DNA of 63,023 nucleotides, filler included, from Circinaria calcarea (Eukaryota), in NCBI GenBank assembly GCA_051942165.1. It is 28 parts of 28 records of this genome, joined end to end, with 100 filler letters (N's around TTAATTAATTAA, not from the genome) between each part and the next. Parts side by side here need not be neighbours in the genome. Positions count along the whole stretch, not along the records: positions 24,877 to 27,032 come from JAVECS010003821.1; positions 27,133 to 29,288 come from JAVECS010003822.1; positions 29,389 to 31,542 come from JAVECS010003823.1; positions 31,643 to 33,796 come from JAVECS010003824.1; positions 33,897 to 36,049 come from JAVECS010003825.1; positions 36,150 to 38,301 come from JAVECS010003826.1; 22 more parts are not named here. One strand, given 5' to 3'. Shown one piece after another: positions 24,877-38,401 of the stretch. A program made the translations under genes and the position numbers. The first letter of the stretch is position 1. Every line of letters begins with the position of its first letter. Below the pieces are notes generated by a model. That model was not told the origin of the DNA. It saw only the letters and a list, made by a program, of their open reading frames with translations, and ran no database searches.

Positions 24877-25010
24877 CTCGGAAGGTCGTACACGATTCCG
24901 TTCTTGTCTACAGGAATGCCATTCTGGTACGGGAAGATCTTGCCGACTATCAGGACATACTCGTGGATTTGGACCCGGACCTCATAAGGGAGGTCGGCGA
25001 AGCAAGCCAT
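24877..25010 (-). CDS. Hypothetical protein N-terminus with F-box-like motif (truncated)
   Basis: MACFADLPYEVRVQIHEYVL fits the F-box-like FxxLPxEIRxxIYxYxL pattern. Confidence 0.55.
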
Positions 25011-25386
25011 GACTGAGGAGTGGTGGTGGTTTGGACAGATGATGGGCTCCTGAAACTATTCTTGTTGCAGCAAAGAAACCGGTGGCGATTCTGACGGAAC
25101 TAAGCCTATTCGTACTGCATTCAAAAGATGTTCAAGTCAGGATTCAATTTCTCGGCCGATAGTTATCTACCCAATTCCCCGAGAAATCGAGGGGGTGCTG
25201 GCCTTGGACGAGGCAGATCATGCAGGCAGAAACGGGGGGCCAACAGCCTTATGGTACAACGTGCCCCTGCTAAGCGAGCACCCGATCATCCACTGCGACG
25301 ACCTTCCACAGATCCCTACAACAGTCTCCCCCTTCCCAAGCACTTCAATAAGCTCAAGTAACCACTTCGTCCACTGCGAGGCACTC

Positions 25387-26531
25387 TCACTGCGATTCCG
25401 ATTCAATCTGCTCGAGATGGTCCAAGGCGGTCCGAAGTACCTCATTCGCGCGAGCAACGTCTTGCTTTCCTGAAGACGAATAATTAGCATGATCAACAGC
25501 GTAGCAAGACGGAAACCAATTCCATCACTCACCAACTTCGATCTTCTCCTGCAGCCGAGCATTACTCTGACATACGCTCTCCACCCATTCCATCAACTTC
25601 TCCTCTACATAGACGCAGTCAGCCCCTAAAATCATCCACAATATGCTCCTTCCCCTGTCCCATTAAGAGCCAAGGATTTCCTTACCGTCCATCATCCGCT
25701 CCTCCGTCCCACCGTACTGGTAGTACGCCGCCTCCATCTTCCCCATGACAGCCGCAAGTCCCCTTACAGCCTCATTCCTGGCCCCCAGCATCTCCTGTAA
25801 GAAAGAAAAGAAGTGAGCGCCCTTCCCAACCACCAAGACCGGAGGAAAAAACAGTGAGAAATTGGTTCAGAGAAGAAACTCACCTCATATCGTCTCCGCT
25901 GCAACGCCACCTGGCGTCCCCAGTCCGTCTCCTGTACTCGCTTCACCACCTCCGCCTCCACCGCTCGCGCCAACTCCACCCCCATCGACGTCCCCTCATC
26001 TAAACACTGCTGCACCCATAGCTTCTCCCCTTCTCTCATCCTCTCCTTTACTCTCTCCTCTACCGCCTTCTCAATCTCCGCCTCATTCTTCCGCGCCAGG
26101 TACCCCTTCAACTGACCCTCTGGCACCGCCAACGCAGCCCTCAAGCTCGTGCTGAGCCCCTGCCCCTCGTGCAAGATCGTCACGTTGCGGTCGCGGAACC
26201 GCGTCTTCTTGGCGATGGGAGGCTGCGCGCCGGCCGGGGTTTTCCATCTCGTCTGTCGCAAGCGCGGGCCATGTTCGGGCGCGACCGCACCGGCGTTTCC
26301 AGATCCGCTTCCGGTTCGATGAGTTTCTTTCTCTTTGCCTTTGGCCCTGCTGGCGTACATCGGTGCCAAAATCGATGGCTGCGCCGGGCGGAACCTCGAG
26401 CGACGGACCGGGGAGCGAGACTGAGACGGAGACGGAGACGGAGATGAAGAGGGAGGGGCATGAGCGGAGAGGGATGATGGCGTCGGTGTGGATGGCGTGT
26501 AGGAGGGCGAGCCCGACATTGCTGGCTCCAT
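25387..26531 (-). CDS. Hypothetical low-complexity/coiled-coil protein, 4 exons
   Basis: Three GT-AG introns splice in frame: MEPAMSGSPS...RRRYE|EMLGARNEAVRGLAAVMGKMEAAYYQ...MMD|EEKLMEWVESVCQSNARLQEKIEV|GKQDVARANEVLRTALDHLEQIESESQ*. No family recognised. Confidence 0.55.
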
Positions 26532-27132
26532 GGTATGTAGGTAGGATGGAGGGTGGCTAGTGGTGCCTAAAGGAATGGAAAAGAAAGGAAAGGAAAGGAA
26601 ACTGTCGGCCAGCAGCAATCGGACCAAACGGGAAGCTTTGAGCAGGGAAAAGAAAAGACAGCGTTTCGTCCAGACGTCCTGACCTTTGGGTTGCAGATGC
26701 GAGATGCGAGAGGGCAGATGCGAAGAAGCAGAAGAAGAAGAAGTGACTCGATACCAGATCGAGTTGAAGTTGTTAAGCTGGAAAAGAAAGAAAAAAGGTA
26801 GAAGTCTCACGAAGAAGGAAAAAGGGCTGTGGTGATGGTGGAAAGGAAGGAAGGAAAAGAACGAAAGAGAGGAAAAACCGGTGGAAGACGAAGAAAGCAA
26901 TAGCGGTAGCACAGATGTTTTTTCCATTCATCAATCCGAAAAATAAAGATATTCAATAGCGATCAATAGCTGAAAAATACCTTCCGTCCTATTGTGAATT
27001 TTTTAATTCGCGGGGTGGCTGGGAAATTTATTNNNNNNNNNNNNNNNNNNNNNNNNNNNNNNNNNNNNNNNNNNNNTTAATTAATTAANNNNNNNNNNNN
27101 NNNNNNNNNNNNNNNNNNNNNNNNNNNNNNNN

Positions 27133-28888
27133 AACCATACCGAGAGATTCATTGCTGCAGGCGGGCTCATCAAATTGTCGGCGACACGAGACTCAAGCGA
27201 CGGTTCGTCCGTGACTGGCAAGCTCTCCTTCCGCGTATCTACGGACGGCCTCGACTCACAACTTGAACCTGAACCGCGTTATTCGAGTTGCGCATCTGCC
27301 TCGTCCTCGAATTCGCCATCGCAAGAGCCGCCTCCTTTTTCATCCCTCTACTTTCTTCCTGGGGCCGCGGCGGAGACCGAGCAGGCCAAATCTTGTGTTA
27401 CAGGTCCCGATTTCTCGCCACTTCCGGCGGCCCTTGCGCCAGCTCCATTCTTCGAAGGTCCTGCATGTACAAGCACCGTTGAAGCGGAAGTTAAGGCTGC
27501 ATTACCGCAGGATACCAAGAGCGAGTCTTCAAGTAAAGGCGTAGAGGACGGAGAGCCGCCTCCCCCGTATACCGAAGGCTCGAGTCCTCTTGAAGGTTTT
27601 GCATACGTGATGGCGGGTACGGGCGGTGGTGCTGCGAGCATCCTTACGCAGGTACAACAAGGAGGCCCTGCGCCTGTAAATACGCTAGGAGGTATGTTTA
27701 GAGTGAACGGAAAGACTTTATTAAGAATGGTAAACTAATCTTTGGTCATTTTAGAGGTCGGGGCTGATGAGAACATAACACTGGATCTACGGTAATTCTC
27801 CCTATGCCATTCCATAACCCTAAGCTAAACCCTTCGCCTTTTGTAGCGGTACGCGCTTTACCCTGTCTCGCGACGAGCTCCTTACTCTTCCTGAATTCGT
27901 CCTACTATCCCTCTTTCCCAATGGTCTCCTCCCGGATGGTCATATGAACTCTTTTCATGAAGGAGATATATACCCTGTCGACGTATGTAACTCTGCACCT
28001 TAGCCGTAAAAGGATTGCAGGGACCTTGCTAACGATTCTTAACGTGCTCCAGTATGATCCCACATCACTCCAATACATGCTCGAGTTCTTTCGCAACGTC
28101 GCGCAAACTATTCCCTCCAGTACGCCATCTCCGGAACCTCCTCACACACCTCATCCTTCTTCATCTACCGAACCTGTTCCTGGATCCGCACGTGATATGC
28201 TTCAAGATCGCGCCGGCATCATTGTCCTTCGCGAAGATCTCGACTTTTACGCCATCCCCCCCAAAGCCGACATTGAGCAACCAGAGATGATCGAAGTCAA
28301 GCGCGCTGCGGGAAGGGCACTGCTGGACCAAGATGGAATTTTCTCAGGGTTGAGGAGAAGTGAGGATTCAGGGACTACGGAACAACATCTAATTGAAATG
28401 TTAACAGCCGGGTAATATCCCCCAAATTACCTGCTCCATCCATAAATTAAATACTAACAACCTTCTCTCCAAACGCAGAGGCTTCAACAGCGACGACCGC
28501 TGGGGCCACCGAGCCGGTGAACCCAACAAAGCCGTCATCTGTAGTCTCGCGCTCGCACGACTCCGGACTGACATCAAGGGCAACGAGCTAGCTAACAGTA
28601 ACGCGGTAGGTATGGCGCAGAAACTACTGCTCTTTTGGCGGAAGCCGGCACGGAGGTGCTGGTGGGAGGGGATCGAACTGGATAATGTAGAGGGCATGGA
28701 AGGAAGGAAGTTGAAAGTTTGGATCCGGAGGGTTTGGACGCTGGAGATGGTGAGTTTTGGTGTTTTTTATATATTTTCCGGTTGTGGTACTTTTGACGGG
28801 AGGGGGGATGATTTTGTTTGAAGCAGTAAGATTGTGATGCTAATATTGAGGGGGTGGGGTTTGGTAGAGCGTGATTGGATTACGTTGA
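27133..28888 (+). CDS. WHI2: Whi2-like growth regulator / phosphatase activator (BTB-like), 5'-truncated, multi-exon
   Basis: LDLRGTRFTLSRDELLTLPEFVLLSLFPNG, YDPTSLQYMLEFF, IIVLREDLDFYAIPP, QKLLLFWRKPARRCWW, KVWIRRVWTLEM|SVIGLR*. Confidence 0.85.
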
Positions 28889-30571
28889 TCTGGCATTTTT
28901 GGATCCGGGGTTGAGTCGGCTTCTGTAGAAGGGGATAAGAAAGAGATTAGGCTATAGATAAAGAAGGGAATATTCTGGTAAAAGTGAGATGGAAGATGGA
29001 AGAAGTGGGGAATGGTGGGCGAGAAGGAAGAGAGAGAGAGGGTGTGTGTGTGTTATATGGTTATATATAAAACATACCCCAAAGCATTGATTGATTTGAC
29101 CTGGAATCTGTATCTCTTCTTGTCCTTTTTTAACCTTTGTCCTTTTAGCCAATATGCGAAAAACGATTTAACCGTGGAAAAGGCAGGATGGGGAGGGTAA
29201 CCTGGCCTGGAAAGGGAAGGTAGGTACCGATCTCCGTATTTGGATCTGGATCCCCTCTTCTCCCTCCCTTGCCCCTCTTCTTTCCTCCNNNNNNNNNNNN
29301 NNNNNNNNNNNNNNNNNNNNNNNNNNNNNNNNTTAATTAATTAANNNNNNNNNNNNNNNNNNNNNNNNNNNNNNNNNNNNNNNNNNNNCCACCACCATGC
29401 TCGTCCCCCCTTCCGCCTTGCCTCGAGCTACCTGCTCGGACCGCTGTAATGGTCCTTTGCACGTTTGCTGCAGCGATCTTGAAGATCAATCCTGATCCCA
29501 GGGACCGTCCGCCCCCGCTGCCCACAAGGGACGTGGCTTTAGTACCACTCCAGTATATCAACCACCCAGGACCACCCGGACGGCTTCAGCTGATTTGAAA
29601 AATGCCTCCCCTCCCGGGCAATAATGCCATCCGCCGGCCACTTCTGCCACCGATGCCCACTGGGCGACAATTGGTGTCCTTGTCATCATTGCCCAAAGCG
29701 ATGCGGCGACATGGACCGGAACACGCCTCCCTTGCTGATGGACGTTTTTCTGCCCCTGCCTGCATGCTCGGTCAGGACCAACATACATGTACCTAGACCC
29801 GTTCTCCTAGCCACCGTATCGTCTGTCCCAGCTCTGTCAAAGGTTTAGCCTGGACCGAGGACCTGCGGGTATACGAGCCACGCCCTTAGCAACGGGCCAC
29901 TGGGACTCCTCTGTCTCGACTGCAGATGCTTGGCCGCAGATGCTTGACCGTAGCTGCATATTTAATTGACGAGACGTCCCGGTACCTGGGTTGGATGCTG
30001 CCACTCGCGCCTGCTGGCCCTCTTCTCCAATTCGACCTTCCTCGCCAGGCCATCCACTCAGGGCCGGTCGAGAATATAGCCCGCACGATTTCCATCCGTT
30101 TCCAGTTCAGCACAGCATCACTCTTTTCATGATCAAGGAGGAAAGGAAAAAAATCTTGAACGGCGACCTAGCGCTACCGTAATTCACGGGTCACGAGCAT
30201 CGGTTCATTCGGTGCACTAAACCGTAATTCGCCTGAACTGTTTACATTTCAATCCTTTGGGTAGGTAAGATGCTTTGGTTTTGGTGGGGTAATCGTCGAT
30301 CGTTGCTAACATGCCACCTTTATGAACAGACCCATCATCTTCTCACGCCTCTAGCAAACCGCGAAAATGTACCTATCATCCTCGATCAGGCGCCCTGTCC
30401 GTTTTGCGTGATTGCAAAAGTATTGACTCTCGGAGAACAGACTATCCGCTTCCTCACATCACACAAGGTGGGCCAAGCCAATCTAAGCTGCATTGTTCAC
30501 CCGAGCTTTTGTAGAGACCGACACCATTGTAGGCTGGCTGGACTCTGGTTCGGCGGCGACAAGAGTTTCCC

Positions 30572-31542
30572 ATGTCACGCACCTCTCATGGGCACTTTGG
30601 CCGGAATCTGCCGATTTCAGAAGGATCCGGTCCGCCTCGTACCGAGCAGTTCGCCCCCGGGGAAGCGACATCTAGGAGGCCTGCCTTCCGGCTCCCAATG
30701 CCTCCTGGACTGCAATACGGAAGCGATCCAGCCGTTGGACTGACCGAACCGATGAGATACGGAACCACGAGCTCTCATAGGTGGTCTTTGGAGTCTTCCA
30801 AGCATACTGCACAGGAGCAACTACCTCCAGTCAGGCATCTTCTCACCCCAGGCCTGCCGTCCAGCGTCACCAGCTCGCCACTCCCACAGCCTTTCATTAC
30901 ATATTCTCCTACAGACACAATTTCGAGACAATCGCCACCTCGCCACTCTATCGGATCTGAGTCTTACATGAATGGCAATGATCATTACTCTTCTGCGGCC
31001 GTACAAGGTATTCCGAATGTGCAACTTCAATATGGTCTTTTAGCAAGGGAACCGATGCACATCAACACTGACCTATCAGGCGTGAGGACACCTCCATTTC
31101 ATCACAGCACTGCACACCAGAACCCGGTTGGCTATAGCACATTGCCTTATGCTACTAGTATAGAGCCCTCCCATCATACCTATCCGACTATCCAGACCGC
31201 TCATATACCTCCATCCCAACAAAGATGCAGCGGAACACCTAGCAGTTGTGACTCTGCAGCAAGTCCTGGGTCGGCATCTGGGCAAAGCGGGCATGACGTG
31301 CTAATTGCTACGAAGCCACACTTGCGTGTGATTGGGGAAGATGAGATCCCCGGGGAGGGTCCATGTTTCATTTATGAGGACGGTTCGCACCTGCGGAAGA
31401 CCATCGATGGCGAGGCGGTCAACTCTCAGTGGGGCGTGACCAAGGCTGGGAAAGCTCGAAAACGGCTGGCCATTGCCTGTATCACCTGCCGGGAGAAGAA
31501 GATCAGGTGCGAGCCAGGAGAGATCAAGTGTGTTCAGTGTGA
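30572..31542 (+). CDS. Zn(II)2Cys6 transcription factor, N-terminal part (start uncertain, 3'-truncated)
   Basis: IDGEAVNSQWGVTKAGKARKRLAIACITCREKKIRCEPGEIKCVQC, a Zn2Cys6 cluster cut at the contig end. Confidence 0.88.
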
Positions 31543-31642
31543 NNNNNNNNNNNNNNNNNNNNNNNNNNNNNNNNNNNNNNNNNNNNTTAATTAATTAANN
31601 NNNNNNNNNNNNNNNNNNNNNNNNNNNNNNNNNNNNNNNNNN

Positions 31643-32678
31643 TTATTAAATCCACTACGTATTGCTGCGCTGACCCTATGCGCTACTAGCAATCTGGTAA
31701 CAGCTGCGTCATGGGGATTCAGTGATGCAACAATCTCCGTCCAAGGCAAAGGGACAGGCGTTGGCGGTGGGTTCAAGGAGAAGTAAGGTTACCAATTTTC
31801 TTGAGTGCTGTGAACATATAGACTGACTATACTCACTTGTAGGCTCAGCGGAGATCGAGCCCTACCAAAAGCCATTCAACTTAGCGCTACGGACACACTT
31901 AAGATCATCCTTACAACACAGGAGGGCACAACAGCCAAGCGGCCGCATCAAGCATTTCTAGGAATCAAAGATGTCAATACAGGTCTTGAAACGTCATTTC
32001 CCTTCTCCGTAAAGGAGAGCGGTAAGGGCAAAGTGGAGCTGGTACGCGGATGGCCCTCAATTTTATTTCAGCGTGAGTTGCTAACTCTGAATCCCTAGAC
32101 TCATAAGGACATTCCGAGTCAATTACTTTCCTCGCCGACCCCGTTGTCCGCTTCGATTGTGGTGGCTTCATTTGGGTCTTCGAAGCCATACTATTTCAGA
32201 GCGTTCGATCTGTCTATAAAAAGAGATCCGGGCACCCCAGTTGCTGCGTCGGAGAAGCCGCTGCGTTACGGAAAGCTTCCAGAAATTCATCATACATTCA
32301 AAGCGGATCCGAAAAGCCCTCCGAAGATCGTGTCGCTGGTATTCACACTTATTGTGCTTGCCGCCCTTCCAGGTCTCTTTGTGACAGTATGTATCTCTCC
32401 AACGTACGCGTGATCTGGCTGCTAATGGCTTTTGTAAGTGGCTATCTTTAGGAGCCAACCTGAATCATCTATCAAAAGCCATGGGAACTTCCCCTATATC
32501 CCACACCCTATTCTTCAGCTCAATACTAGCGATGGAGGGCATATTTTTCATGTATTATACTTCATGGAATCTGTTCCAGACGCTTCCAGCAGCAGCCGTT
32601 GTTGGCTGCGTAACTTTCTTAGGCGGTAGCAGAGCTTTGAGCGAAGTACAAGAGCGGAGACTTGCAGGTTTGCGATGA
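31643..32678 (+). CDS. SWP1: Oligosaccharyltransferase subunit Swp1 / ribophorin II, 4 exons
   Basis: AASWGFSDATISV, AKRPHQAFL, RYGKLPEIHHTFKADPKSPP, FFMYYTSWNLFQTLP...GSRALSEVQERRLAGLR*. Confidence 0.92.
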
Positions 32679-33049
32679 ACCTCATCCAAATCCGGCGTGT
32701 ATGATAGTGTTTCGTACAGTATGTCGCAATAAGAATTGATAGAGACACAGGATCTGGAAGCTTTTCTGAAACAGGGATTACAAATGCTCTAGACAACCAC
32801 TCAGCTTTCAATGTCACCTTTCTTTTCCCTTTTCATTCATGACCCCCTTGGTTGCTAACAAACAAGTCATGTTAGTCCTGATTAATCCAAATCCTACGTC
32901 AGTCCTCGACCTCATTGCAAATCGTCAGTGCCCTGAAACGAAGAATGAGTGGAAGGGTTTAACTTCGGCGCAAGATTTTCCGAACCGAACCAAAATTTTG
33001 CGGTGTTCTCACTCCGGCCGCAAAAATTACCTTATTAGGTTTAGCTTAT

Positions 33050-33796
33050 CGCTCGATCGGGCCTAGTTTTTCACTCGATTGAGCCTAGTTTTTCGCTCGA
33101 TTGAGTCTAGTTTTTCGCTCGATTGAGCCTAGTTTTTCGCTCGAATAGGAAAAAAATTTACTGTATTCGGCGTAGCGTATTAGCTTTTATGCTGAGCTTA
33201 TGCTATTTTATGCTTCCTATTATATTATGCTATGCTGCTTGCTATGCTATACTACGTGCTCTTTCCATACTATACTGCGAGCTCTTCTATGCTGCGTGCT
33301 ATGCTATATTCCATGCTCTTTCCATGCTCTTTCCATGCTATGCTGCGTGCTACGCTTTATGCTATGCTCCATGCTATCTCCATACTATGTTCCATGATAT
33401 GCTCCATGGCATGCTGCATGCTCTTTCTATACTATGCTGCATGCTCTTTCCATACTATACTATTTGCTCTTTCCATGCTATGCTATGTGCTTTTTCCATG
33501 CTATACTGCATGCTTTTTCCATGCTATACTGCATGCTTTTCCATGCTATACTGCATGCTCTTTCCATGCTATGCTGCATGCTCTTTCCATGCTATGCTGC
33601 ATGCTCTTTCCATGCTATGCTGCGTGCTATGCTTTATGCTATGCTGCGTGCTATGCTACGTGCTGTTTTTACGCTATGCTGCGAGCTATGCTACGTGCTG
33701 TTTTTACGCTATGCTGCGAGCTATGCTATACTGCGTGTTATGCTATACTATATGCTATGCTATATGCTATGCTATATACTATGCTATGTACTATAC
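33050..33796 (-). repeat. Second copy of the GCATA compound satellite (reverse orientation), preceded by about 4 copies of a 22-bp GAGCCTAGTTTTTCGCTCGATT unit
   Basis: ATGCTCTTTCCATGCTATGCTGC units are near reverse complements of the 23-mers at 13830-14000; the contig ends inside the array. Confidence 0.92.
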
Positions 33797-34395
33797 NNNN
33801 NNNNNNNNNNNNNNNNNNNNNNNNNNNNNNNNNNNNNNNNTTAATTAATTAANNNNNNNNNNNNNNNNNNNNNNNNNNNNNNNNNNNNNNNNNNNNACAA
33901 AGTTCCATGTACACGGAGGACATACCTCGGAAAATATGTGCAATCTCCCTGTGCCACAACGTTCCTGCACTCTAACCGTAACGCGGCCTCAAAACCTGGC
34001 AGTGTGGCTTGGCCACTAGACAGATTCCCTACTAGAAGCTCTATGAATATCTGCCCAGATGGGATTGATTGGGAGTGAAAGCGCTCTGCCGCAGCTTCGG
34101 ACCAATCAATTAAGCGCGATTGAATGTCTATCCCTGGTACGTACCCACTCAAGACGTCTCTACGCGCCGTGATGGATCAGAAGTTAGGTTCACGACCGGA
34201 TCTACTGTACTCCATGGGCACAGCAGTCGGGGAAAGCTGTCAGATTGGTTTGGTTTTCGAGCATAGCTGATTCTCTATTTGAGAGACCCGCTGGCCTCTC
34301 TTCGCTGGAAATGTACTCGTTACATTTCGGAGCCTTTGAATATCGTTTAATTTTCTCCCGAGATATTTTTGTCAGGTCGAATTGGGCGATAGAAT

Positions 34396-36049
34396 ATGCG
34401 TGTTGCATATTTCATTTTCTTCTGGAATACCTCATCATGTTCTCTGCTTCGGCGTACTGCCCTCGGTGAGCTATTAGAATCCAGTTCTCTGTTGACTTCA
34501 TTCTTTCCAACGCGGTCGAGGGTTTATCCAAATAACTAATCACTTCGTCCATATGATTTAATAGTGAACACAACAGCAAGTGTTCCTGTTACGACTATAA
34601 TAGCTACAGATCCTTTGACTACTTCGTCGAACAATACATATCCTGATTTTATCCCGCTGTCTTCTGATCAGGCTAGGGACTGTGACATCTTTGGTCCGCT
34701 ATGTCAAATGGGGACTGTGACCGTTGGCGTCAACTTAACCAGTACGATAACTACTACAACCGTTCCTTGCTCATATTACTTGTCGGCTCAGGCAAATTGG
34801 GTGCAGCCTCCCGGAATGACAGCGTACAGCCCGGCCATTCTTTGGCCGGGTTATAATACGCAAGGGAGTTCTTGGTTGTCGAGTTTTGGTCGCAGCCCCG
34901 AATGCACATCCTTTGCAAAGGCTGCCTTTCCTATGGATGGCGCTTTCGATTCAGCGCCTCCACCATCGCTATCGAGATGCTCAAACAATGTAACTGGCTC
35001 CTTGGATCCTTGGCGAGCTTACATGCCTCCCGGAGTTCTAAGATTTAGCGGAGGACAAGGTTACTGGGACTGCTGTGGTGTATGCGAGCTCAGAATTCCT
35101 CGGGTTCGCATAATCTTCTTTGAGGACCCGTCGGCTCCTGCATGCAGTCAAGTCAACCCGAACAACCGCACAGTTGTTGCATCAACCTCTTTAATAGCGA
35201 CTACAACGGCTATTCAGAAGCGGGCAGATCCACTCGTCACTACCGTTCTCAGTGGATACACATTGTACGTTACGCCAGCCCGGCACAGACTGCTTAACTA
35301 ACAAACCTACAGTACATCACCCTCAATCTATCTACAAGTCATTGGTACAGCAGACGTGACAGATAATTGTGGGCAAGTGGGTGCTCGATATACAAGCTTA
35401 ATTATGCCTTTTCCTCCAGGAGCTTTATCGTCCTACTCTTGGAATACCCCAGTTGGAAGTACTATTTCTATCCAGGACAAATTTTTTCAGGCCGAATATA
35501 CAAAGGCTATTGATGTTCAAGACCTCAAGTGTCCGACCTGGGGTTTTGCCGAAACCAGATCAGCTGAATGGCTGGTTGTAGAACCTCCTTTCAATCCGTT
35601 GATTGAGCCACCTAAGCAGTTAATGGACTTTGACCCCGACTGGCGAAGATGCCCGGCCTTTAGCAGATATGGCGATTTTCTTACTTCGTGGGCCATATAC
35701 GATCCTCCTTACGCGCTGACCCCCCATGCTGGTATAAGTCCCATGTCCCTGACAATTGCGCCTCCTGAAATTACTTCGATGGCTTCGCCAGGCGTGTCTG
35801 GAGGCTCTGTGGCTGCGCCTGCGCAATCACCATCTCCCATTGCTTCCCCGACAGCGTTCCCATCACATACGACACCTGCTTCGATTCCTGGGACCACGAG
35901 TTCAGTCGATCCGGAGCAAACTTTAACAAGCCTACAGCCGACTTCAGCAGCTCCGGTACAGTCTCCACTTCCTCTGGGACAGCCGCAATCTGGTTCAAGC
36001 ATTCCGGCTGTTGGTATTCAGGGAGCAGATCCAGCTGTCGATCCTAAAC
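34396..36049 (+). CDS. Hypothetical secreted/cell-surface protein, Cys-containing N-domain and Ser/Thr/Pro-rich tail (3'-truncated)
   Basis: A short first exon MRVAYFIFFW... splices in frame to two long ORFs with CCGVC, YTSPSIY, DLKCPTWG and DPDWRRC motifs, then an S/T/P-rich region. Confidence 0.65.
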
Positions 36050-36149
36050 NNNNNNNNNNNNNNNNNNNNNNNNNNNNNNNNNNNNNNNNNNNNTTAATTA
36101 ATTAANNNNNNNNNNNNNNNNNNNNNNNNNNNNNNNNNNNNNNNNNNNN

Positions 36150-37390
36150 TCTCCTCATCTATATCATCTCGCTGATCTTTGGCCAGTCCCTGTTCAATAG
36201 GTTGTCCATGGTCCATAACTTCGTCTCGATCAGTATCTTTCTCCTGGTCTCCAGCTTGTACTCGACTTATAGATTCCTCTAGGACTATAGCTTGGTCTTG
36301 ATCTGGAGCTTGTTGCTGCTCTTTATTGGCACACCAAATAACCTGAACTTTTGCGATCCACACATCTGTAGCGTCTCTTTCCCTCATCCAACCAGTCCAG
36401 TATCTCGTTCCATTTCTCCACTTCGATCCTTGCTTTGACACCAACTGATCCTCTGGCACACCCAGGCTTCGTAATAAGCCTAGCAAGCTGGGTTCAACGC
36501 CTTCAATACCAATGGTGCTCACATAGCTCATATCCCATGCTATACAACCCCTCATCGAACTTGCTCGATGTGTAGCCCTATAGCTTTTCTCGGTTGGTGT
36601 CATGGGAATCGCAAATCTCCACAGAGGCTCCTTTGGCGGCGTCATATGTGCTCGCTTTGCATGAAACAGGTGTGTTGGTAGCCATGACTTGCAGATCTGA
36701 CGCTTTTTGAACTTTGACGGCGGTACAGGAGGCTTGGTCAATGTGTTCTTATTATGACTTGGAAAGTTATGGATCGTCCCCGTCGAGTGCAGATTTTCAC
36801 CGTCTTTGGCCCTCTGCTCCTTCAGTGCAGCTTTTTTCGCTTTGGCACGCGCCCCTATACCCTGTATCTTCTTTGCTTTCTCCAGGCGTAATCGCATATG
36901 CGGGGTCGGTTTTCGAGTTCGAGCAGTAACGGTAGGCGTATTATCGTCTTTCATCTAAGCCCCTTCCAGCGATCGATTAGCTGTCGATTAGCTGACTTTG
37001 TAATCCATCAATCTGTTGTCTCGCCCAACGCTTGACGGGGGCCCTCACCTCCTTAGCCGCCCTGGTTCTGAGCCTTTTAGGAACCTTTTTGACATTATGA
37101 CTTGCCGTCCTCCGCCTTAGATCCCTAGGAACCTGCTGAAACGCCCGTGTAGTCAGAGTCCCCTTTGAAGTTGACATACTGGCTTCCAAAGCTTTGATCT
37201 CGTATTCGCGAGCCTTAACGAAGGAAGCGACGTCCAAGTCACCATTTTGATTGAGAGCCTTGTCTGATGACTGAGCCAGAATTGTACGCGCAGAGGATGT
37301 CTTGACGCGTTTTGCATCCCGGCGTGAGGCATTGGGAGCCTGATCACCGACATTTGGCAACTTTCGCTTTCTGGTCTGCTCAGGTGTCAT
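36150..37390 (-). CDS. POP1: RNase P/MRP subunit Pop1, N-terminal part, 2 exons
   Basis: FVKAREYEIKALE...RAFQQVPRDLRRRTASHNVKKVPKRLR, KFKKRQICKSWLPTHLFHAKRAHM, TPTEKSYRATHR, WDMSY. Confidence 0.93.
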
Positions 37391-38401
37391 AGCCACAAGA
37401 AAGGTGGGCCTTATTGATTGTCCATGGAAAGGTTTCGTTGGTGTTTGAAAGATCATTCTACGAGGATGTGAAATCTCTTATCTAAGCGCGTCAAGCCCTA
37501 ATCGTGCGATAAGAGCTCTATTATCTACGGTACGAGGGTACCTAATTATGTCTGACATCCAATGATTCAAAACGTAGTATCTTACGACTACAGCCACGGC
37601 TCTGTACGGATTGCGGATGGGTAAGGTAATTGAAAGCGTCACTTGTATGCTACGGAGGGGCAAGCTGTTCGTATTCGAAGAGCAGTGGTATGACTATGTA
37701 GACGCCCAGAAGCGGGGTCAAGGCGATCTCTTCCTCGGAAGTCTTTTTCGACAGCACCGTCTGCTGAGAATTATCAAGAGAATCAAAAGGATAAGAACGA
37801 AGACCAACGCACTTCGTCCGAGTCATGCCTGAGCCGGGGAACTTCCGCCAGTTGGAGGTAATCTCTCGCGGATATATTTCTCGAGGTCATCCATTTCCAT
37901 AGGTGGCACAGTATGCGGCTCACCCCTAGAAAGATTAATAGACTCCCTTGAGCATACGCACACTCGGATCTTACTTGTAGGTACGGAAGTCGACCTTGTA
38001 GCCAAATTCACCTAGAACTTTTGCAGTCATCTGTCCCCATTCATATCTTACTATTGGATCCCGGTCACCGTGTCCCATGAAGATGGGAGTGTCCTTGTTT
38101 GGTTTGTCTGGAGGCATGAGTTTCTCGATTGTGTCATGCATTAATAAGTAACTCGATAGGCCGAAGAAACCGGCGAGTTTCTCGGGGTAAGTAAGTCCAG
38201 TGAACAGAGAGATGGCACCCCCTTGAGAGAAGCCGCCTTGGCCATGTTAGCAACTCTTCTAAATTCCTAATTGGCCTTACATTACCTAGTACTACGCGAG
38301 ANNNNNNNNNNNNNNNNNNNNNNNNNNNNNNNNNNNNNNNNNNNNTTAATTAATTAANNNNNNNNNNNNNNNNNNNNNNNNNNNNNNNNNNNNNNNNNNN
38401 N

